Source: an uncultured Clostridia bacterium
GTDB lineage: Bacteria; Bacillota; Clostridia; Christensenellales; UBA1242
Direction of reading: 5' to 3'
DNA: 64,000 nucleotides
NCBI GenBank assembly: GCA_944383355.1
Contig: CALWPF010000002.1
Coordinates: forward strand, 1,550 to 65,549
In this document: positions 11,072-19,600 of the stretch, in pieces
How positions within the stretch are numbered: position 1 is the stretch's first letter
How the letters are laid out: each line of letters opens with the position of its first letter
Position numbers and translations under genes: made by a program
Notes under the pieces: generated by a model
What the model saw: only the letters and a program-made list of their open reading frames with translations
Database searches by the model: none
What the model was told of the DNA's origin: nothing

Positions 11072-11101
11072 TAATGAAAATAGTGGCACTAAACCACTAT
11101 T
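11072..11101 (-). terminator. Rho-independent terminator of the split giant adhesin gene
   Basis: The minus-strand RNA reads AAUAGUGG-UUUAGUG-CCACUAUU followed by UUCAUUAU. It lies about 65 nt after the stop at 11166. Confidence 0.55.
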
Positions 11102-11165
11102 AATATTTATTGTTTTAATATTGCATACATATAATTTACGATTTTACACTATTTGTTATCAATAT

Positions 11166-14100
11166 TCATCTAGGCATAGATAATATATCATCGTCCCAGA
11201 CATTATTTTTCCCCTCACCACTTGGATAAAGGTTACCTGCATCGCCTGCGTCATTAACACCCAACGATATATCACCATTTACACCAAGATTTATAACAAC
11301 CCCAGTCGTGCTAGTACTAAACAACACAACATTGTTGCCGTGCAACGCTATACCTCCATTAATTACTGCGTTATCTGCGGCATTATAATATATGGAATAT
11401 CCATTCCCATTAAACACACCATTAAAAATATGTAGATTATCTCCTATCGTGTGCCAAACTTGGTCTGTAACCGCAGTAAGATAAAGATCTGTAGTCAAGT
11501 TAAATATTGTATCTGAAAAGTCCACTCCATTGCTAACCTGTGTTGACAACCAAAACAATTGAGATATATGATTAATGTCATAACTTGCAAAAGCAAACTC
11601 ATAACCGGCAAAAATATCCATATTCTGTGTAGCGGTAAATATCCACTCTGCATCGTCAAAAAGCATATCTCCATCTTTACTAAACCAACCACTAAATATT
11701 AATCTAGCGTCTGAATTGGTATATGGTCTAATGCTCACGATATCATTTGGAAGGTAAACGCCACTACCTGAACCACCTATAACATTAATTACGATTCCAC
11801 CAGAAATAAGGTACAAGTTGCCATTACTGAATCTCGTATTGTCTTGTGTATATGATGATATAGCAATATCCAAACAGGTTTGTGTATTAAACCAATATCT
11901 TGCGCTGGCCATATTCGCATAAAACGCATATGTACCTATATCATCATTACTTTGAAATTCATTGAAAAAGTAAACATTGCACAAATTGGAACACCCATTA
12001 AATGCATATGCACCAACATTCGTAACATTATTAGGTATAGTCATCTCTGCTAAGCTACTGCAACCGTTAAACGCATATTCACCAATATCAACTAATGAGT
12101 CTGGCATTTCAAATTGTGTGAGTCCAACACAGCCCTCAAAAGCATGACCACCTATTCGCACGATTCTATTAGAAACCCCTATATTTATTAACTGTGTACA
12201 CCCGCTAAAAGTATAATCACCTATTCCTACGAAACTACTAGGTAAATCAATACTTGTCAAAATATCCTTCGACTGATAAAAAACCCCATCAGATGCTTGT
12301 GTGCCATTGCCAAATGACCGAATATAATACGTTACACCGTTATAAACATATGTACTAGGCACTACTAAACTAGCACGCTTGGGGCCTGCCATCACGACAC
12401 TATCTATAATAACATCTGTGCTATACTCACTGGTAGTCACATAATATGTTACTGGCTGACCAAGGCTATCTGTGCCCATAAACTGAGAAAATGGCTCTGT
12501 ACCATAAATTATTTTACTTAGATTCAAATGCAATGCTGGGCGAACCGCGAGAGACAGTATGCCTTGGTCACCATAATTCCCATTCCCTGATGGATAAACA
12601 TGATGTACACGATACGCATTATTTCGATAACCAGAGCGTGTCCATGCATAAGCATAAATATTAGAATTGGGATTTGTATTACTAGATCCAACAATAGTCG
12701 AAGAAGATACGATCGTTGTACTACTATCAAAATTCTTTCGCTGTTCTGTGCCAACTTCCCACAAACCAGTATTAGTATCATTATACCCAAGTTCTGTTAA
12801 ACTTGGCAACCACAAATAATCATCGCCCCATTTGCTATATAATTCTCTATTAATTGTAGAATAATCATATCCGTTAAAGTCACCGCCATAATTAACAGAT
12901 TCGTTATTGAGATAATAACTCTGACCTGCTAAATTCTTTGAGTCTTGCCTACCTGCCTGCCAGCTCACTTGATTCGGTGTCACCAAGTACTCTATCAAAC
13001 CACTACCACCGTCTGCTTTGCTCATAGTAAAATCAGCAAATACGCTATTTAAAGACTTAGAATAATTATTAGACAGAGTTGAATTGTTAATAGCATATTG
13101 CCCACCATTATTGAGAGTCACTGCCCTAACATAACTGGTACCATACATGTTACTTGGGTAACTACCTATTGCACTGTCATACCAATCATACGACCAGTCA
13201 CTGTACAATCCACCTTTGTAAAAACCATATTTTTCACCAGCTGTTTGGCTATAATTTTTAAATAATTCCTGTGTGCTATTCGTCAACCAAAGAGTAGCAA
13301 TTATGTCACCATTATTGTCTTTTGACAAATAAGTAACGTACCATTTTAAACCACCTAGAGTTACTACTATACTCTCTCCAGTTTCTTTCGAAACGTATTG
13401 AACATCATTCTGTTCGCCACTAGCCAGAGTCATCTTAGACAGTGTATTAGCCGTAGTTCCTACTGATGCCATACTGTCTAGTAATGAAATACTTCCATTC
13501 TCCGTACCTGTTAGATATTTCATCAATATACTAGCATTATTTTTATCAATATCACCAGTTTCTTCGTTCCATAATTCATCTACTGTTACATTTTGGGCCG
13601 TATGTATCAAAGCTTTTGACAAATTAAAATGTAAAGCGGGGCGCACCGCTCCAGAACGACAAATATTACCAAAAGTATAAGTTACACCTGTTTGATAAAC
13701 TATAGAAGCATCCGAATAATCACCATAACGAGCAGATCGAACCCAAGTATATGCATTAGCTCCTGGATAAGAAGAATTATTACTCCCAATAACGACATCA
13801 GAGGATACTGTGGTAGTTACACCGTCATAATTCATTCTTTCTCTTACACTTAATTCCCATAAACCATCAGCATTATCACCATAGCCGACCTCTGTCATAC
13901 TTGGCAACCACAGATAATCATTGCCCCATATACCATAGTTGTAATAACTGGAATAATCATAACCTGGATAATCGGTACCCAAGGTCGTTGAATCACCATT
14001 CATATAATAAGCTAAACCAATAAGCCCCTTTGTATCTTGTCTATTTATTTGCCAATTAACTTGATTTGGGGTCACCAAAAAGTCTGTTAATCCGCTACCA

Positions 14101-15206
14101 CCTTCTGCCTTTGTCATAGTGAAATCGGCAAATATACTATTGATTGATTTTTCGTATGTACTTAAATTATTCACACTTGTCGCATATTCACCGCCATTAT
14201 TAAGAGTTACAGCCCTAATGTAACTAGTCCCGTACATGTTACTTGGATAATTACCAGCCACTATATCATTCCAGTCAGCTGACCAATCACTATACAAAGC
14301 CCCATTCAAAAATCCATATTTGTCACCATCAGTTTGAGACCTATCAAAAAAGGCAGATTGGTAATTATTAGTAAGCCAAAGTGTCGCTATGATATCACCA
14401 TTTTCATCTTTGGACAAATATGTGACATACCATTCCAAACCACCCAAAGTAACCACTATGCTCTCACCAGCTTCTTTTGACGCATACGCTGTGTCACCTT
14501 GAACGCCACTCTCCAATACTTGATTAGATAATGTACTGGCAGAGGTCCCAGCGGACGCCATACTATCCAAAATTGTCATATCAAATGATGAATTAGCGGT
14601 TAGATACTTTGCAAGTATCATAGCATTATCTTCGTTTATAACACCATCATCATTATTCCACAATTCATCGACTGTAACATTAGGTGCAGTGTTTATGATG
14701 GCTTTTGACAAATTGAGATGTAATGCTGGGCGTACTGCACCAGAATTACTCACTATATTATTTGAGTTTGAATTCCCGTTAGCATAAACAATAAAAGAGT
14801 GATTAGCATATGTTGAATTCGCTGATCGAGTCCACGAATATGTATAGGAGTTAGTATAATTAACATTGTTATTTCCTGGACCTGCCCCATATGATGCTGT
14901 ATTTGATATTCCATCATACGACTTTCTCTCATCAGCACTTAATTGCCACATACCATCATTAGTATCATCATAACCGATTTCTGTTAAACTAGGCAACCAT
15001 ATATAATCATTCCCCCACGCTGCATAATTGAACTTGGCTGAGTAATCATAATTACTATAATCAGCCCCAACAGTCAACGATTCGTTATTCATAAAGTAAG
15101 AAAAACCTAACAAATTTTTGGAGTCTTGTGAATTAATTTGCCAACTTACATCGTTAGGTTTTACTATGTAATCTGTTAATCCGTTACCGCCTTCTACTTC
15201 AGACAT
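11166..15206 (-). CDS. Giant surface protein, downstream segment of a frameshift-split gene
   Basis: 1346 aa with no signal peptide of its own. It contains 2.5 further copies of the ~364-aa repeat: LGGLxWYVTYLSKDxNGDIIATLWLTN ... VTLNNGG ... FADFTM ... WLPSLTE ... WTRS ... AVRPALHLNLS. These are followed by BspA-type leucine-rich repeats (IGDYTFSGCTQL, IGGHAFEGCVGL, IGEYAFNGCSSL, VGAYAFNGCSNL), one B-repeat-like FSGWF unit and a C-terminal beta-helix cap-like module (FNGVFNGNGYSIYY). The sequence immediately upstream in this frame (STYYQKNINSAFANFTM) still matches the repeat. The listed ATG is therefore internal to a longer gene. Confidence 0.8.
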   Translation of the reverse strand: MSEVEGGNGLTDYIVKPNDVSWQINSQDSKNLLGFSYFMNNESLTVGADYSNYDYSAKFNYAAWGNDYIWLPSLTEIGYDDTNDGMWQLSADERKSYDGISNTASYGAGPGNNNVNYTNSYTYSWTRSANSTYANHSFIVYANGNSNSNNIVSNSGAVRPALHLNLSKAIINTAPNVTVDELWNNDDGVINEDNAMILAKYLTANSSFDMTILDSMASAGTSASTLSNQVLESGVQGDTAYASKEAGESIVVTLGGLEWYVTYLSKDENGDIIATLWLTNNYQSAFFDRSQTDGDKYGFLNGALYSDWSADWNDIVAGNYPSNMYGTSYIRAVTLNNGGEYATSVNNLSTYEKSINSIFADFTMTKAEGGSGLTDFLVTPNQVNWQINRQDTKGLIGLAYYMNGDSTTLGTDYPGYDYSSYYNYGIWGNDYLWLPSMTEVGYGDNADGLWELSVRERMNYDGVTTTVSSDVVIGSNNSSYPGANAYTWVRSARYGDYSDASIVYQTGVTYTFGNICRSGAVRPALHFNLSKALIHTAQNVTVDELWNEETGDIDKNNASILMKYLTGTENGSISLLDSMASVGTTANTLSKMTLASGEQNDVQYVSKETGESIVVTLGGLKWYVTYLSKDNNGDIIATLWLTNSTQELFKNYSQTAGEKYGFYKGGLYSDWSYDWYDSAIGSYPSNMYGTSYVRAVTLNNGGQYAINNSTLSNNYSKSLNSVFADFTMSKADGGSGLIEYLVTPNQVSWQAGRQDSKNLAGQSYYLNNESVNYGGDFNGYDYSTINRELYSKWGDDYLWLPSLTELGYNDTNTGLWEVGTEQRKNFDSSTTIVSSSTIVGSSNTNPNSNIYAYAWTRSGYRNNAYRVHHVYPSGNGNYGDQGILSLAVRPALHLNLSKIIYGTEPFSQFMGTDSLGQPVTYYVTTSEYSTDVIIDSVVMAGPKRASLVVPSTYVYNGVTYYIRSFGNGTQASDGVFYQSKDILTSIDLPSSFVGIGDYTFSGCTQLINIGVSNRIVRIGGHAFEGCVGLTQFEMPDSLVDIGEYAFNGCSSLAEMTIPNNVTNVGAYAFNGCSNLCNVYFFNEFQSNDDIGTYAFYANMASARYWFNTQTCLDIAISSYTQDNTRFSNGNLYLISGGIVINVIGGSGSGVYLPNDIVSIRPYTNSDARLIFSGWFSKDGDMLFDDAEWIFTATQNMDIFAGYEFAFASYDINHISQLFWLSTQVSNGVDFSDTIFNLTTDLYLTAVTDQVWHTIGDNLHIFNGVFNGNGYSIYYNAADNAVINGGIALHGNNVVLFSTSTTGVVINLGVNGDISLGVNDAGDAGNLYPSGEGKNNVWDDDILSMPR

Positions 15207-15735
15207 CGTAAAATTTGCAAATGCACTATTGATGTTTTTTTGATAATAGGTAGAACGTCGAATTGTTTATAGCATATTGCCCACCATTATTTAGAGTAAC
15301 CGTCCTAATATAACTTGTACTATACATACTACTAGGATAACTGCCTATATTGGTACTTTCCCAATCTGCTGCCCAATCACTATACAACCCAGTGCCGGTT
15401 GCACTATTGTTTATATATTCATAGTAATCGCCCTTGATACTTGAGTAATTATCAAAACCGTCCTGAATACAATTACTAAGCCACAAAGTTACAATTTTTT
15501 CTCCTGTTATTGATGTGGATAAATAGGTAACTATCCAATCAAATCCTCCCAATCGCACAACTACACTCTGCCCCTCGGCCTTGCCACCATATGTGTAACC
15601 TCTAATGTCTGACGCTGACTGAGCAATATCTGTTTGGACACCACTAATCGATCCATCTGTCGACAAATAATTGATTAACTGGTTTACATTGTCAATGTTC
15701 ATCGTATTGTCACTATTATCCCATAACTCATCTAC
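12515..15735 (-). repeat. Three tandem ~1.09-kb coding repeats inside the split adhesin gene
   Basis: The anchor codon (M of FA[DN]FTM) recurs at 15206, 14117 and 13025, giving periods of 1089 and 1092 nt. The protein repeats are clearly homologous but diverged. Confidence 0.8.
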
Positions 15736-15888
15736 TTTTACATACAGATTGGATCCACTTGTTGTAGATAAAGAATTAACAGCTGGCAACCTACACAATA
15801 TTACGCCAGCAGTTAAAAACAATACAACCAAAAATAATATAAACAAAAAACTAAACACTCTATTGTCTAATCTAGTAAAATTATCCAT
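15226..15888 (-). CDS. Giant surface protein, upstream segment (signal anchor plus first repeat module) of the frameshift-split gene
   Basis: The ORF is open to 16026. However, an extended -10 (TGGTATAAT) sits at about 15925-15933 on the minus strand, and an AAAGGTAAG RBS precedes the ATG at 15888. That start gives MDNFTRLDNRVFSFLFILFLVVLFLTAGVILC (signal anchor). The segment ends ...VTLNNGGQYAINNSTFYLLSKKHQ*, in the middle of a repeat unit that continues in another frame in ORF 11166-15206. Confidence 0.7.
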   Translation of the reverse strand: MDNFTRLDNRVFSFLFILFLVVLFLTAGVILCRLPAVNSLSTTSGSNLYVKVDELWDNSDNTMNIDNVNQLINYLSTDGSISGVQTDIAQSASDIRGYTYGGKAEGQSVVVRLGGFDWIVTYLSTSITGEKIVTLWLSNCIQDGFDNYSSIKGDYYEYINNSATGTGLYSDWAADWESTNIGSYPSSMYSTSYIRTVTLNNGGQYAINNSTFYLLSKKHQ

Positions 15889-16099
15889 ATCATACTTACC
15901 TTTATCCCATGTCTTCATCAAGGTTATTATACCATTTATTTTTATATAATATACACTACTGTAATACCAAATAATAGTTGTTTTAGGTTTACTAAACACA
16001 AATTCTAATATAATATACCAAACCATAAAGAATCAAAAATACGAACATTTATTATTTGTAAAAATAAATGTTTGAAAGATTTAATTTTATATTAAATGC

Positions 16100-16528
16100 T
16101 TAGATGCAATCTATCAATTCCATACGCTTTTGGTACTTATCTCCAAAACAGTTGGTATTTAAAAAAATATCTAACATTTTTTTTGCTTTTGCACTAGAAA
16201 TAAAACGTCCACCCAACACTAAAATATTGGCATCATTATGCTGACGGGCCAATCTAGCAGTTGCTGAGTTATAACACAAAGCAGCACGAATCGCTTTGTC
16301 TCTGTTGGCACATATAGACATTCCAATCCCAGTACCACATATCAATACTCCTCTATTATCTGGAGATTTTTTGACTTCATTCACTAATTTTTTACAAAAA
16401 ATAGGAAAATCTACACTCTCTTCGCTATCGGTTCCCAAATCAACATAGGGTATCATTTTTTTTTGTAAATACTTAAGTAAAACTTGTTTCAATTTGTAAC
16501 CAGCATGATCATTAGCTATATACAGCAT
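16100..16528 (-). CDS. rpiB: Ribose-5-phosphate isomerase B (RpiB/LacAB family)
   Basis: 142 aa showing the typical family pattern: IANDHAGYKLK, GVLICGTGIGMSICANR, ARLARQHNDANILVLGGR. GAGGTG RBS. Confidence 0.9.
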   Translation of the reverse strand: MLYIANDHAGYKLKQVLLKYLQKKMIPYVDLGTDSEESVDFPIFCKKLVNEVKKSPDNRGVLICGTGIGMSICANRDKAIRAALCYNSATARLARQHNDANILVLGGRFISSAKAKKMLDIFLNTNCFGDKYQKRMELIDCI

Positions 16529-16596
16529 AATTCACCTCATTATTATTATTGTTTAATTTTAACACATTGATACCTAAAACACAATTTATTACACGC

Positions 16597-16626
16597 AAAA
16601 AAGACCCGCTTTAGCGAGTCTTTTTA
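16597..16626 (-). terminator. Rho-independent terminator of the 1464-aa adhesin gene
   Basis: The minus-strand RNA reads AAAGACUCGC-UAAA-GCGGGUCUUU (one mismatch) followed by UUUGCG. It lies about 27 nt after the stop at 16653. Confidence 0.5.
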
Positions 16627-16652
16627 TCTAAATAATTTAAAATATCCAAAAA

Positions 16653-19600
16653 CTATTTTGCTGGCTTTTTCTTTTTATTCTTTGATCCAGCAGGGCGTCC
16701 TCTCTTACCAGGTTCTTTACGCTTGGTAGACTTTTTGCCTTTTTTATTTAATGACCCAGCAGGGCGTCCACGAGAGCGCTTCTTCTCTGTAGTATCACTC
16801 TCTGCTTGCGCTATCTCAGCACTAGTAGACTCCTTTTGCTTTGTCTTAACATTGCCTTTGTAATCTGTAGGAGGAACATTAATCTTTCGAACAGGAACAG
16901 GCTCAATCGCAACTGTTTCTATCTTTCGAACAGGAACAGGTTCAATCGCATTCTTGAGATCTTTCTTTGTAACTTTTTGTTTAACTTTATAGTCACCATT
17001 CTCAGTTTTTGAGATATACTTAACATTTACAGGCTCAGTTTCTTTAACTTTTATATAATTAATAGCTGCTAGTATCAAAAGTATAGCAAAAAGCAAACAA
17101 CCAGTAATTATAATTACGATAGCCCAGTTAAAGTTCTCTTTAAATAAAGCTTGAACATCAATATCACCATTTGCAACGAATGAATAAGTACTATCTGTGC
17201 TAACAATGTTATCATTAATTGCCCAACCAATAAAAGTACAATTGTTTGCTGGAGTTGCTGTCAATGTAACGGTAGAGCCCAAGCCTACATTACCAGCTCC
17301 CTCAACTACGCCTAGTTTACTGTCATTCACATCAACTGTCACAGTCTGCAATTCAGCAAAAATAGCATTTACGCTCTGTGTTTCTGCAGTAGTTGTAACC
17401 TTGTATGTAGACTCAACTCCAACTGGTTCACCTCTAACCTCCCAGTAAAGGAATTGATATCCATCATTAGCCTTTGCAGTCAATGTAACGGCTGTCCCAA
17501 CCTCATATTCTCCTGCACCAGTAACACTACCTGCATCATTATTTGATAGAACCACATCTACCTTACCTACCTGAGCATACTTAGCCAAAATATAAGTAGT
17601 GCTCTGGGTATCTGTTATAGTGTGAACCAAAGTAGTACTACTAGACAACAATTGTTGTATGCCTGTATTTCTGTCCCACAAATACCAACCAAGGAATTTA
17701 TAACCTGGGTACACAGTCGTTTTTAGGGTAAGTACTGAACCATAATCATAGTAATTTGAATTTAACCCTGTAACAACTCCACCATTAGTGTCTTGCAATA
17801 CTTCCACAGGACATTCAGTATATCTAAACACAGCACCTACAACTATATTACCTGTAACATCAACACTTAAGGCATTGTCTTTGCCTGCAGGCACCCCATT
17901 GATAGTCCAATATGAAAATCTATAATTCTCATTCGCAGGAGTTGCATTCTTTAACTCAAGTACACTACGAATATTATATACAAAAGAATCCTCTGGAGTT
18001 ATCTCGCTGTACTTAATAGTCCTATTATTGTAAATAAATTCGTAATCCCCAAAACTTGCCTCATTAATTTGGAAAGTAACACTTGCTTTTTGTAATCTAA
18101 AGTAACCAATTATCTCGATATCACAATGAATGCTGTTAATTGCCCCATTACCATTTATATTATCAAATGTGTAATCAACACCACTCGTAATGCCAACTGT
18201 ACGCATTTCCCAGTGGTCAAACTCAAACCACATTGGTGCCACTGCCTCAAAACTAACATCATCGCCTAGAGTATAACCCGCACTCCTTGTCTGCTCAAAG
18301 CAATCATTACCTATACTATATGTTGGATTTACATCTGATGCAATGACCTCTGCAAAAAATGTAACAGTGTAGTTAATAGCAACAAAATTAGCAGTAATAG
18401 TCACATCATCTGTAACAATCAGTTTTAGAGTACTACTGGTACCCAAAACTGTACCGTCAGCGTCAGTCCAATTATTAAAATAGTATCCTTCAGCTGGAGT
18501 TGCTAAGACTCTAAACATTTCACCATAATCAAATTGATAAGTCATAGCACCTTGACTCAATGAACCTTGTAAGTTATCAACCGAATTTAAAGTAACTTGG
18601 TAAGTATTTATCTCCACTATAGCTACACAATACATATCATACTGTATACCAGACCTAGTCAAAGTTTGGTTGGTTATATCTGCGCTCTCATCTTTTTGAT
18701 CACCGTTATATGTGATATCCCACTTAACAAAGTGATAGCCAGTCGGAATATCGGTAACCGTTATAGTCCATTCTTGATCAAAAGCAATATCTCTAGACAG
18801 CCCAGTCCCCTCAATACCTACAAAAGAAACATTACCAACAGATACATTATTTATAGCTATTCTAACTGAGTATGTGTCCTTTTGGAAATGAGCAATAACA
18901 ACATAATTTTCGTAATCACCAACTGTAAACGCACTTGCAGAACCTAAACTATACTCCTCCAAACCATCTGCCTTAACAGTCCAGTTTGCAAATGTATAAT
19001 TAGGATCAACTCCATCTACTGATAGTGTAACTATGTTACCATATTGAACTGTACCTGCAGTGGACTGAGGTGCATCACCATCAACTGAATAATATAGTTG
19101 TGCAACATCTTCTTGTCCTGTCTCCGCTATTATCGTAATTGAATAGGTCTTAGCAATAAAGTTTACTGAAATATTGCAAGCGCCTGTGACAGAAAATTCA
19201 TAAGTCCTTGCCTGATAATTTGCAGTATCTCCATCGTCCCTAAGGGTCTGCGAATCAACAACCCAAGAGTCTATCTCATATCCAGCAGTAGGAGTCGCTT
19301 CGACATAAACTATTGTGCCGATCTTAGCAAGTACGCTATTACCATCACGGAATTCATACGAATCCCAATCCACCTCACCCAAGGTAGCATCATCTGCGAT
19401 TTTTACTCTTACATTACCCAAGTTGGTATCACTTGGATTGTAGGTAATACTATATTCAGCATAAATAAACTTAGCTGTATAATTCATATCGCAAGTAGCT
19501 ATACAAGGCATTATGTAAATTCCACCTACAGTACCTGGCGAGTTTAATGCAGTGCTGTCACCGCTTTCAACTACCCTATTGCCAACGACACTTGAATACC

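Noticed and set aside
11495-14938. Alternative-frame ORFs inside the giant adhesin gene (11495-11692, 12524-12790, 12600-12800, 14753-14938)
   Set aside because: They are embedded in a long ORF with clear repeat homology. They have odd compositions (M/H/I/Q-rich) and no translation signals.
15235-15241. Assigning the frameshift definitively to the A7/T7 homopolymer
   Set aside because: Nucleotide alignment with the two downstream repeat copies shows that the downstream frame reads naturally through the tract (TAT CAA AAA AAC against TAC GAA AAA TCA). The indel could therefore equally lie a few codons upstream (about 15243-15256). It is kept only as the most slippage-prone candidate.
15889-16026. 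N-terminal extension of the split adhesin ORF (MVWYIILEFVFSKPK...)
   Set aside because: An extended -10 element (TGGTATAAT) lies inside this stretch. There is no RBS at 16026 or at the ATG at 15918. The ATG at 15888 has an RBS-like AAAGGTAAG and yields a normal signal anchor.
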